A stretch of 64,000 nt of DNA, from NCBI GenBank assembly GCA_047495785.1, contig JBLDXI010000033.1:682001-746000 (forward strand). The letters are read 5' to 3'. Below are positions 1 to 13,781 of this stretch, piece by piece. The DNA comes from Lepidodermella squamata. Its lineage: Eukaryota > Animalia > Gastrotricha. The notes under the pieces were generated by a model. It saw only the letters and a list, made by a program, of their open reading frames with translations, was not told where the DNA came from and searched no databases. The position numbers and the translations under genes are program-made. Position 1 is the stretch's first letter. Each line of letters opens with the position of its first letter.

Positions 1-916
1 CGTTACTACTTTCGCAACTTTCATTCGAATCGTTGTTGTTGTTAGCCGCGGCGTGTTTGCCTCGAGTTGGCCGTTGATCGGCTGTTGACGTCGACGGGCT
101 GGTTGAATTTGTACCGGCGGTCGCTGCCCGAGTTGGCGAGCCGCGTTTATCAGCTGCGCCGGGGCGAGATCGAAAGTTAGGCGAGGAACTAGGCGAAAAC
201 AACGAAGAATCGGCCTGATCGCAATTTTCTGAAAAAATAATCGAAAAAATTAGCAAAACTTATAAGTCATCAAGCCAAATCATGTAGAGCATAATTCATC
301 GGATAAATTTTGTTAGAGGTTTTTAATTACCGTAGAAAGGGGTAATTTTCGACAAAATCTAACAATAAGGATGAAAATTCTGAAATTTGAACGTGAAAAC
401 AATATTTACGAAGGTTGTCGAGATCGTCATCGAGCGTACGCCGCCGGGTTTCGACAATTTCTGCCATTCGATGCGCCGCTGCCATTTTCTGCTGAACAAC
501 ATCGCCCAGCTCTTCCATAGCCGCGGCTAGGTTTCGCTTCAACGCGTCGTTTTTCGTAGCCGTGCGTTTCGCATCAGAATCTTCGCCGTCGTCCCATGCG
601 CAACTCATCGACGATTCACTCGTTTCTTTCATGCTCATACTGCTGGTGTTGTTAGACTTGCCATTTTTCGAAGCATTCGCTAGTTGAGTCTTCAAATGCT
701 CGATTTGTTTCAAAAGTCCTGCCGCCAAAAAATTGATAGGATAAAGTTCAAATTTGAACGGTAAAAATTACTTGCAACATCGACGTCCAATTCACGTATT
801 CGACTAAGGTAAGGTTGAAGTTGATTCGGCAAGTTTTGCATACAATCGAGGTAGTCATCCAGGTACGAAGCTGCGCATAGCTTTTGCACAGCTTCCCGAT
901 TGACTAAATTAGCCAT
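1..916 (-). CDS. ING-family (inhibitor of growth, ING1/2-like) chromatin protein, 5' exons; gene runs off the window start
   Basis: N-terminal YLDDYLDCMQNLPNQLQPYLSRIRELD matches the ING N-terminal coiled-coil domain; GT-AG introns; PHD finger not in window. Confidence 0.8.
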
Positions 917-998
917 CTTAAAAACCTAAAAATGCAAGGCGAATTATCAAAACCAATGCATATTTCATCAAAAACTAATAAAAGAACAAAAATTCTCT

Positions 999-2960
<1,962 letters not shown>

Positions 2961-4222
2961 GATGTTCGTTCCCTAATCCGTCAAGCTCTAATTGAAAAAA
3001 AAACAAAACTGTAAAAATTATCCTGGCAATATAGTGATACTAGACAATTTACGGCTGTGTACTCGCCAATAGCGAAAGCGCAACTTACAATCAACGATAA
3101 CAGACGACCAACTAAGGTGCTATCAGCTTTCACAAGCATCTACATAAAATGCAGTCAGCGCTCAGACTAAGTAATTGATGCCAATATTTGTATTAAGACT
3201 ATGAGGCACTAAGAAACACTACATTGAATTATCTTACTGCGAAGTAATGCTGAAACTAGGAGCCATATAAAATAACATGGGAAGTAGAAAAATCGAAAAT
3301 CAGAACTGCGCAATCAGTAAATCTACAGCACACAATTCATACCACACATAATGTAACACAAACACACCGGCTACACAACCGATAGCCGCAAGGACAACCC
3401 CACTGCACTCTCGCCCGTTCGTCGGCCAGCATCTTGGCTTTGAAAGCCACAGGATTTCGCGCGGGAACTCAAATTCAAAACTTAAAATTAAAATTACAGT
3501 TAACGCAAGCATGAATTAAATTAATTGTTAGAAATATGTTAGCATTTTTAAACTTCAAAACCAAAATTTGAAATAATGCGCGTTTGTGTTGCCTGATTTT
3601 TGTTTCGTTTTCCCCACACCTACATGTCTAGTGAGTGTTTGGTGTCTCGTTTCGTCCCTCCTTCATCCTGCATGCTTCAAACCTGTCTCAAAATAATTCT
3701 TTTGTGTAACACAATCAAAAAACTTGTCGACAGCGCCTTGTCTTTTCGTGAAGAGGTAGTGGCAAGAAAATTGCTAGCTTAGGTTTTAGGTCTGAGGTCT
3801 TGATTAGCTATTAGCTCAAGTGAAGTTGAGGAATAGGGAATAGGTATTTTTTCATCGGCTTTTATCGCCCTGGTCCCTGGTATTCCACTTATTGTTGATC
3901 ATGTGACGAGGACCCAGTTATTTTTGCCCAGTTTTCAAATAGCTCTTCCTAGCGGCGGGTTAAGAAAGCGATCAACAACTGTTTTAGATTGGCAATTCCA
4001 TCTTTTCCTTTGGATTGCCGTGAATTAAATATATGACATGTAACTGACAACATCTTAGCAACCATAACCAAACTAACATACTTCATATTTTTAAGATTTA
4101 CGCTGTACATCAAGGTTTATATGGGTGTTTGGTCTTTATATTTTATGGTCTCTCATCTGAAATAGGCAGATTTTGATCAAAATTCTTTTGTTTAGTAGGT
4201 TTTACCATTTTTAGCTCACCCC

Positions 4223-6638
4223 ATGGCAGTAAATTCGTCAAACGGTTGCTCTGCATTAGCCGAGCTTGACTATCTGAAACGTAGCTACAACGGCGTCATA
4301 GACTACGTCAACAATGGCTTGCTTGGCGATATGGACAATCTCGCTCTTTGGCTAATGCGCTTCAGTGAAGATAAGCGGAAACTCCGCGAAGAAAATGCAG
4401 CACTTCGCTCAGAAAACGCATCTCTTCGTTCGGAAAACGCCGAGTTCCGCGAAAGCAATCGCAAGCTTCAGAATCGTATTCATGAATTCACGCAGAAGGA
4501 GTTTGAAACGAAGAATCAAAAGAAGAAAATGGAACGCGAATTTGCTGCTTATATCAAACGTGTTCGGATCGCACTTGGAATCATCGATCAAGAACGCATT
4601 TCAGGTCTTCCTGCTCGTGAACAAGAATGCATACGCGAGTTGAGCAATGTCACCAACAACTTCAACTCCGCAGCCAGCGTTCGCCGAGCGTCGACTAATG
4701 TCGCTGATTTCGACGAGTCACAGGAAGCCTCGTGGATTTACAATGAGGGCGATCGCGATGCTTCTCGCGACATGATTTGCGACGTTAGCACTACATTTGC
4801 TCCGACCAGTTTGAATCAATCCCGAACCAGATCCGGCCGTCCTTACAGCCGAGCCCCTCAGGGTGATAACTACCAGCAACACCCTATTGTTTTCCCGTCT
4901 GAGGATATTCCAATTCAGCTCCCGCCCAAACCGCCACGTTCCCCTAACAATCGCAGACGGTCCCGATCTACCGAAAACAAGCTGTCCCAGCACGTTGATC
5001 TGAATCCGAATCCGAAGGAAGGCCGTCCGTTGAACCTGGGCCGTCGATCCCGGTCTGAAACTCGCGTTCTGGAGCCTCTTGCCTCCCTGACAAGATCACC
5101 GAGCTCAAGCCTGGCGAAACCTCACGTTTTCGTCCAAGACACTGTTGTTAAATCTCACACCTGCGCTACTTGCCAGAGAAAGTCACGATTTGGCCAAGTT
5201 ATGCTTCGTTGCGGCGAATGCGGGTAAGTAAAAATCTTTGTTATGACTATTAAATGATTTCATTATTCCCTGATGTTTTGTTTCTTATCAATCATCATTC
5301 TTTTGCCTTTATCAGTCAAATGGTTCACACTGAATGCCGTAATGATGCGCCTATGCCTTGCTGGGGCAAACGCGTCAACTCACCAGCCGCGATTTCAACG
5401 CCTCGAATGCGCTGGGGCAATCACCAGGACGAGCGAAATCTGACTAGCTATGTCAATGAACTGCCTCCCTTCGTACCGCCTGTCGTCATTCAATGTGTGA
5501 ATGAGATCGAAACTCGAGGCCTTACCGAGTCTGGGCTGTACCGACTCAGTGGCTCTTTGGCTGAAATTCGCGACTTGAAGAAACAAGTCTACCAGGGCAA
5601 GGCTCCGCCTAATTTGTCGCTCATTCGCGATATCAACGTCATCACCGGGTTGTTGAAAGATTTTTTGAATAATTTGCCCGATCCAGTTATTCCTAACGCT
5701 GTTCGTCAGGAATTTGTGAATGCTCTTGGTAATAATTAAATTTAATCGTAACATTAGTTTTTAATCGATTGATTATTTCGTAGATCTTGATGCCAACCAG
5801 CAGACTAGTCGTTTCAAGGACCTTGTTAAGAACATGACCGATGCTCACCATGATACGCTGGTTTACCTTCTTCTGCACCTTCAACGCGTTGCTGCTGCTC
5901 CGGCGACGAATATGCCGGTGAAAAATCTCGCCCGCGTTCTGGCGCCGACCCTCTTCGGGCCTTGCTCCAACCAAAACTCAGTTGCTGCTACTCGAGATGC
6001 CGAACTTATTTCTGCGGTAAGGATTCTCCTTTTGACTTCTTCTAAGCCACATTTCAGCATATAAAGGGAACAAAATAGGGACTCAAATGTGTAACAACTT
6101 TGTCAAATACAATTGAATTATTTACTCAATCTTATATTCTTGGCTATTCGAAGATTCACCAGAAAGGAAAATTATTTTTGATTTGCCTTGGGTTGGATAA
6201 AAATGAATCATTCGGTCGAAAATACAGTGTTTGTCACCAATTTGTCACCAATTCGTACTTTTAAAAATTGTGAATTTCTTGATGCAAAATTTTTGATTTT
6301 TTAATTTTTTAATTTAAAAATAACAGCGTAATTAAACAATTTTTTACTCTTTTTAGGCTCTTGAGATTTTGCTGAGTATTCCTAACGAGTACTGGCTGAA
6401 GCAGTTGCGCCTCGAATCGAAGTCCCTGTACCCTAAAACCCCGACAGGTGCCCGGCCGCCGCTCGCCGAAACCGAAAGCAGCAGTTCAAACGGCGAAGAG
6501 TACACGCGGAACAACTCAACAAACAGCGCAGTTGGCCACACGGTGCGTTCGTTCTTCTCCCGGCCAGAATCGTCGCAACAAACTCGCATGTTTTCATCTG
6601 CAAATCCGTCGAAAAAATCGCGGAAAGAAAACCGATGA
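4223..6638 (+). CDS. RACGAP1: Rac GTPase-activating protein 1 (CYK-4/tumbleweed-like): coiled coil, C1 domain, RhoGAP
   Basis: N-terminal coiled coil; C1 motif HVF..CATC..C.EC..H.EC..C; RhoGAP EIETRGLTESGLYRLSG, LLKDFL, NMPVKNLARVLAPTL; three introns. Confidence 0.85.
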
Positions 6639-6950
6639 AACGCGTAGTCATTGTTCATTTTTTAGTAAAAAAACAACAAAAAACAGGCTTGCTTGCTTTT
6701 CTCTGATTGTTAGCCGATTTTTTGTATGCTAGACTGCCTTAGCCACCTTTACTTATATTATACCGCTTTTTTGTTTTTATTTATGACATATACTTATACC
6801 CGATACTAATTGCTTTGAAGCGCCAAATAAAGTGAAGCCTGCTTGTAATCTAAAAAATTTTTTATTATAAAATTCGTTTAAAAAAAATGGGTGATACGAG
6901 ATTATAAAATTCACCGGAGACAAATAATGATTCATCATTAATTTTGATGT

Positions 6951-8342
6951 TTAAATGTGCCCACTCGCACATGTTGTTGGGCAACTGTCGTCTTTTGTCG
7001 AGTCACTTTCGCATCGGCATGAATTTCGTTTTGCGGAGAACGTGCTGAGTCTAGCGACGGTTAATTCGAGTTCCGGGTAGGCCGGTTCATGGCCGTGAGC
7101 TTCGTCCATTCCGATTTCTTCGGCGTCGTTATTCGCTCCGTCGAATGATGGAAGAGTTTTTGGAATGGGCGACGTCATTCGGAGTAGCTTGAAGTACCGC
7201 AGAATGGCGCATATGACCAGGGTGTGTACAAATGACCAGGCGAAAATGACCACAGCTCCGACTATTTGCCAGCCCAAGAACTGAAAAAACACGAAACAAT
7301 AAAATCCTCGGAAAATGTGTTTCCACAAATTGTCAGAAAAATTCGCATTTTCAGGAGAATTAATTTGATTTTGATAGATAAGAGTCAAAATGCTAAAATG
7401 GTGGATTGAGTTGGGTGCCGTTGGATAGCCTGTGCGAAAAGCGGATAGCCCGAGCTTTTTGAAAATATTTTATTTCCTCATGATTCTTGCTTCAATTTAG
7501 GCCCAGATGCATCGTTTTAGCAGCAGATCGATGTCTATTATAGACAACCAGGTTTGCCTTTTCTTGGGCTTTCCAACAGTACCCCACTCAAAGGGTCTTT
7601 ACTGAGCCACCTTCGTGATTTGCCATGCCTGATTCGCCTCATTTTGACAGTTCAAAGTAATTAAACTTACGAGTGCAGATCGAATGTTCCAATGATAAAA
7701 TATTCCAATTCCAGGGTGCAGCAAAGCCGTAGCGATCAGACCGGTTAGTCCTCCACCGAGATGAACTATAGGGCATTTTTTAGATTTTTCCTTAAGATGT
7801 GATTTTCCTATCATACCTCCAACAGCATCAACAGGATCGTCCAGTTTCATCTTGGCAACGAGCCAAGACACGAAAATGTAGACTAGGCCAGCAACGCATC
7901 CGATGGCTACTGAGGCCCAAGTTGTCAAAACATCACACCCAGCACATATCGCCACCTAAATGTATTATTTCTTCAATTTTTAACCTCAAATAAAGTTGGG
8001 AAGAAAACCATACGTTTCCGGCTAAACTGCCGCACAGCGGCGGTAATAGTGGGAATTTCCGCGTTCGCCTTTCGTAAGATAAGTTTAATAACTCAATTTG
8101 CGTGGCGCGGTGAAAAAATTACCAGAATGCAAAAATGGCTACCGAGAGCATTCCACCAGCTCCAGCCAGCCTATTTTTGGAAAATATGAGACATATATCG
8201 AAAAATGGCAATGACAAACATGGTATTAGTCGCGGCGTAACCAATAGCATAAGAATCTCCCATCGCATCAACGTGAAGCTGCGAACCAGCGTTGAAGGCC
8301 ACAAAGCCTGTTGATAGGATTAAACACCCTAGCGCTGCTAGC
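6951..8342 (-). CDS. Ammonium transporter (Amt family), 3' half only; 5' half missing at the element junction
   Basis: GFVAFNAGSQL, AICAGCD, DDPVDAVGVHLGGG (spliced), EEIGMD..HGHEPAY; the upstream intron is cut at 8372. Confidence 0.85.
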
Positions 8343-8394
8343 TGAAAATGTATTAAAAATTCAGATTTGTTCAGTAGTAAGGATGGGAACTTTG

Positions 8395-8560
8395 GATCAG
8401 TAATAGCAGTACGGCGATTTTTACTATAGCCGTTTGGTATAAATATACGCAATTTGCGATCAGTAATGGCAGTACGGCGATTTTTACTATACCCGTTTGG
8501 TATAAATATACGCAATTTGGGGATGAGTAATAGCAGTACGGCGATTTGTACTATAGCCGC
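8395..8560. repeat. Subterminal tandem repeat, 63-64 bp unit x ~2.6 (left end)
   Basis: GAT(C/G)AGTAAT(A/G)GCAGTACGGCGATTT... starts at 8395, 8458 and 8522. Confidence 0.95.
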
Positions 8561-8825
8561 TTCTTGTCAATATACCTTCGTTTTAACCCACTGCTATGAT
8601 TTCACCTAACTAAAATAAACAAATCTTCGTTTTTTCACCTGTTATGAGCTAAACTAATCATTTTTACACTGCTTCTTTAGTGCAGCTGCAATAGAGCCCT
8701 TTTTCATTCACACAAACACTTTTTATTAGTCTTAACGTTTCAAGCAATGAATTTATAGCTGGGATAAGTCTTATCAGTTTTTCTATTCATTTGTTCAGAG
8801 ATTTGTAGCGGCTTGATTGGAGGGG

Positions 8826-9329
8826 TTAACGTCCAGATGAACCGAATCCGTTATCGCCACGGGTCGAATTTGCTGCTAGAGCGTTTTTCAATGGCCCCGT
8901 TACCGTTACTGCAGATTCTAAGCGACCATATTTTAAACACACCAACTGGGTAATACGGTCGCCTATTTTAATCTTGTAAGGTGTTTTGCTGTTGTTTGCA
9001 AGGCAGACTACGATTTTTCCGGTGTAGTCGGCGTCTTTAATTCATGAAAAATACAGATATTCATTAGTAATTTTCATTATTATTTGCTTCTTACCTATTA
9101 CTCCAGCGACCGTATCGATTCCATGGTTGATGCTCATTCCTGATCGACTGAATAGTTGTCCATAATATCCTCGTGGTAAACAGATTTTAATATCAGTTTG
9201 AATCAGTCCCCTGGTTCCAGGTTGCAGTGTCGTCTCTTCTGCTGAATAGATGTCCCAACCCACAGAGCCTTTAGTATGCTTTGTCGGTTCTTTAGCTTTG
9301 TTACTTGTTAGCTCTACCTTCAGCTTCAT
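8826..9329 (-). CDS. dut: dUTPase (trimeric type), 2 exons, intron 9035-9094
   Basis: GWDIYS, SRSG, spliced GVIDADYTG, GDRITQL, RGDNGFGSSG. Confidence 0.93.
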
Positions 9330-9763
9330 ATTTTATAATTTATATTGTTACTGAGGTTCGATTTTTATGTGAGCGGCTACCTCCTTTCAGGCATATTGTT
9401 TTTGTAATTCAATCTTCCTTAAAAATGCATTAGGGCCTTTAGCTCTGTTGACCCCTCAGTGCTGGCTTTAATGCTTTTCATCAAAGATTCTTGGTATTGT
9501 ATACATCCTCCTTAATTGCTGTCGGTAATTCAATAAGAAAACATCATGTCAATAAATCTTATACATCCTCCCTAATTAAACAATGCGATTTTTTACTTAT
9601 CAAAATAAAAAGCAATTAGGATTTTTTACCCTTTACGGTGTAATTACCTTAAACAATTCAAACAAAACATCTCCCTGTTTTTTCCTTTTATGGAAATATC
9701 ACTCAGACTATTTAAGAGAGATGCTTCAAGAATACACTTAGCATATTTCTTGAAGCAAGCTGG

Positions 9764-10528
9764 ATGCATCCTAAAGTCTACCATTTCGGCATAGTCGGCA
9801 ACATTGGGGCGTAAGTCTCATATACTCCACCGAATAGAATTCTATTTAAAGTCTCTTGTTTTAGCGGGAAATCAACCTTAATCGAGGGTCTCACTAATCT
9901 ACCTTCACTCAACCGTAAACTTCAGGGATATACCGCGTGGCCAATTTGCGAGCCTGTTCATCGTTGGGAGTCCTTTACTGATGACGATAAAACTAACATT
10001 TTGAAAGATTACTATCAGATGAAAAATGCGTTCAACTTTCAAATTGTAGCCACGAGTGATATGTGCGGCCTTTATTCAGCCCCTAACCACAAACCTGAAA
10101 TCTACGGGGCGCATACTATCGTTCTGCATGATCGAACGCCCTTCTGTTCTAAAAACGTCTTTATCCCATGTGCGTATGCATCCAAGCGCATAAATTCTAT
10201 CGAATATCACGCTCTCATGAATTTGTATGATAATTTCGAGCCGAATTTTGTAAAAACTGAAGCTATTATTTACTTGCGCTCCTCTCCCCAAATAGCTTGT
10301 CAAAGAGCCGTAGCTAGAGCTCGGGGTTCTGAAATGCTATTATCACTGGATTATTTACGCCTCGTACATGAGTTTCATGAAAAAATGTGTACTGTTGAGA
10401 CTACAAACAAATCCCTACCATGTCCCGTGCTTGTTATCGACACTGATAATTTGAATGCCTCTGAGGTTCTAAAGCAAGCTTCTCAGTATGTTGCCTCTCT
10501 TATCACGCCTGTAATCTCTCAGACTTGA
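9764..10528 (+). CDS. Deoxynucleoside kinase (dNK/TK2 family), 2 exons, intron 9811-9864
   Basis: Spliced P-loop GNIGAGKST, EPVHRW, FNFQ, DRTPF, IYLRSSP, R..AR.RGSE, YLRLVHEFHE. Confidence 0.9.
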
Positions 10529-10538
10529 ATCCTCATTG

Positions 10539-10901
10539 ATGGATCCAACAAGACTTGTGCTCTCGAACAGCCAGATTTTAGACGCTGAATCTTTGCAATG
10601 TCCAATTTGTTTATCTATCCTACTTAATCCTATTCAAACGCGCCCCTGTGGCCATTTATTTTGTACTAAATGTGTTCTCGCTATTTTTCAAAATTCAGCT
10701 CGAACAGTATGTTGCTGTCCACTTTGCCGCGAATCATTAACAGGGAAAGATTTCGTTAAACCCCCTGTAATTTTATCGAACATTATCTCGAATTTGATTT
10801 ACAAATGCCAATATTCTGATAAAGGCTGTCCCATTACTCTAACTTATGACCTCATTTTTGGGCATGAAAAGTTATGCCAATATAAAGAACCCATCCCTTA
10901 A
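10539..10901 (+). CDS. C3HC4 RING finger protein with TRAF/SIAH-like Zn finger (putative E3 ligase)
   Basis: CPIC...CGHLFCTKC...CPLC followed by C....KGC.........HE..C. Confidence 0.88.
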   Translation: MDPTRLVLSNSQILDAESLQCPICLSILLNPIQTRPCGHLFCTKCVLAIFQNSARTVCCCPLCRESLTGKDFVKPPVILSNIISNLIYKCQYSDKGCPITLTYDLIFGHEKLCQYKEPIP

Positions 10902-10943
10902 AGTTTTACATTCTTATTTCATTAGATTTAATTTTCAATAATC

Positions 10944-11465
10944 ATGGCTGAGGCGATAGTAGAATCTGCTAACCAGACAGTCAATCATCACATGTCTAGT
11001 AACTTGGTCATTCAACAGCATCCTCAGGATTCTAATCTCATCTACATAATGACTGATCGCAAAGATAAGAACGATAAGCCTAAAAAACTCGCCTTTAGAC
11101 AAGACGAATTTCTTAGCCAGTTCGTTCCTTATTTTCGACCGCCGAATGATGCTTGGGTTGCTCAGGCTCAACTTGCCCTGCTATCTCACAACACAGGCTT
11201 TAAATTTTCGATGCATGAATGCAAAATTGAAGTCTGTGTCTTTGTGCCATCATTTTCACCGATTCTTATAGATATACGCAGGTTTTATCTGGATGCTAAA
11301 GGTATTTACTTCAAATTTACAGTAATAGCAATCTTTTTATGATTTAACTTTTTAGGAAATAAACAACCCTCAAGACAAGGAGTCTCTCTTGATGCAGCTC
11401 AGTTTCAAGACCTTGCAACTGGGGTGTTAACTGTTGCAGCGATGATTGAAACAGCCAATGAATAA
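10944..11465 (+). CDS. PC4/Sub1-like ssDNA-binding protein, 2 exons, intron 11302-11355
   Basis: Spliced ILIDIRRFYLDAKGNKQPSRQGVSLDAAQFQDL resembles the PC4 core LIDIREY..D..G..KP.RKGISL...Q...L. Confidence 0.8.
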
Positions 11466-11582
11466 GCTAACACAAAACTTGACTAAAATGACTTACTGAA
11501 TATTTATTTCAATCTATCCTTGTAATAAAGTTTTACCTCTTCCCAAATTCGATCAATTTTAAATTTTTAATCTTAGATTGTT

Positions 11583-13747
11583 ATGGATAACTATAGTTTA
11601 CAATACTCATTTATTCGAAGTAATCGCCTGATTCATTCTACAAAATTCAAAATGTTTTCTGTGGAGTACTTCATTCAGCCCGTAACATCCGACTTTGCCT
11701 CAACCTACATCAACAGATATGGCCAATCTTCTAGTTCGCTTGGGCCGATGATTCAATTGTCTGGTGGCGCTGATGAACCTCGACTGGATAATATTCGATC
11801 ATTTGTGCAGAACGTACCAGCCGACCAGGTGGCTAATATTGATTTGGAGACCCGCTTCAATATTCTGGCCAACTTCCTGTTCGATATTGTTGTAAATATC
11901 CATCGTGATTTACCTGTGAATTCCTTCTGCCGGCTAACACTGTACCACCCCGACTTGAAGATGCCTCTTAGCCTACCCTTCATGAAACGCGATCGGTTGC
12001 TGGAAATTTCAATTTTTGATCAACTGAGAAAAATATTACAGAGTAATGAAGAACTCTCATTTGCTGGTCGGTGGACAATTCGTCTCTGTGTCATTGATAA
12101 CCCCAATGCAGATCTAGGTCAAATTGTTGGTGGTTCTCGGGCAGAGCGGGCTATAAACGAAACTTTGGACAAATTTTTTCTTCGCTCCAAATCGATCGTT
12201 AGAATCGGAGCGCGCAAGAATGAAACGAACAATCTTTGCATGGGCAGAGCTCTCATCACTGGAGTGGCTTTGGCTCACATGAAGGCGAATCCTACGGATC
12301 CATCTCTTCAAGCAACCTTCAAATCGATACGTAGTACGCGAACCAATCGTCAATTTCGCGAAGCCACGGCGCTATATCAGAAAGCGGGCTTACCTCTCAA
12401 CCTTCCAGCCTACAATCTAGATGATCATTACTCAGCCCTGTGTTCGGCTATCGATCCTGAACATAATACTTACAGATTCGTAGTATACTCGTACGAATCA
12501 CAGGATGTTATTAGGGAAATCCCAGAATTTGATCATCGCGTAAGCCTTGGGTTGCTTCCTGTTGTTCTACTGGTTTATCGCAACGACGTCTCTCAGCCCA
12601 ACAGTCATCATTTTCATGTCATTGCGAATCTCAACTTTATGAAGGCCACTCTTAGCAATGCACAACGAATATGCCCCACTTGCTTTCAGACGAAAACGAG
12701 TACGGCTGTGCACAGATGCAAGTTGGCATGCTCTTCCTGCCGTAATTTTTACATGAAAAACCTGAATTTCACTTCTTTTATCATTAATATTATTTTAGGT
12801 GTATCAGGGAGCATTTGCCGTGTGATTTCCAACACAGACCAACAAAACTACACGCGGTGTCCGCAATGTCGTGCAGGTCTGATGTTTTTAACCTTTTCAT
12901 TATTATTCAGCTCTTTTTATGTTTTTAGTTTTGTATAGCGAACGTTGTAAGCAAAACCACAAATGTGCTAAAAAGAATCCATGCTTTAAATGCGGGAGGA
13001 AATTTGTACATTTTCTCAAGCATGAGGCTATGTGTCCCGGGCGGCGCTGTCACATTTGTCAGGAGCCTTTGAAAGCCAGCGACGAAGAAAATGGCACACA
13101 CTTCTGCTTCATGACTCCCTTGGTATACTCATTTTTTTCAGTCCAGCTTTTTTCAAAATACTGTGGTTGGTGTATTTTTAGCCCTTGAAACCGGCGAATA
13201 AACTGGAACGTTATCGTAACCTAGTTTTTTGGGACACTGAGACATTTTCGCCATCACTTGCTGATAACAACAATGAGTTCCAAGTATGCCTTATCGTTGC
13301 AAAGGTCGTATGCATACCTCACTGCATCGAAGCGAGGATTCAGCGATGCCATTCTAGTTGTGGACTTCATATTTTTTATGGAAGTCGTCCTCTGGAGGAT
13401 TTCGTAAACTGGGTGCTTCTACCTATGAATTACCAGTCGATTTATTTGGCTCACAACTCAGCCAATTTCGATTCCTTATTATTACTGAAAGAAATTCAAA
13501 CACGATGTTCTAAAGTGAAGATTCTTCAAAGGCAGGGATCTCTACTATGCATTGATTTCAAACAACAAAAAATCAGATTTTTGGATTCATATCTCTTTTT
13601 TCAATGCAGATTAAGGTAGGTTACCTAAGAAACACTAAGAAACTACATTGCTTACAGGTATTTGTTCAACAACAGGGATTTACCAGCAACAATGGGAATC
13701 CCAGACAAGAAAACCTTCTTTCCTTACGTCTTATGCACTAAAGAAAA
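11583..13747 (+). CDS. Protein-primed family B DNA polymerase (Polinton type), N-terminal part through exonuclease; truncated by the fold-back; introns 12742-12798, 12877-12928, 13123-13181, 13616-13675 and a donor at 13748
   Basis: NNLCMGRAL, Cys/His-rich region ending HFCFM, ExoI FWDTET, ExoII AHNSANFDS, RFLDSYLFF..LRDLP.TMG...KTFFPY after splicing. Confidence 0.88.
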
Positions 13748-13781
13748 GTAAGTACATCATCAACTTCTTGAGCTATTGTGA

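Noticed and set aside
8171-8515. ORFs with the repeated peptide MRIFIPNGYSKNRRTAITD (also 18766-19050)
   Set aside because: Translation of the 63-bp terminal repeat running into host intron and exon sequence; non-ATG start
8395-8560. CRISPR-like array
   Set aside because: Units are contiguous tandem copies with no unique spacers; eukaryotic context and no cas genes
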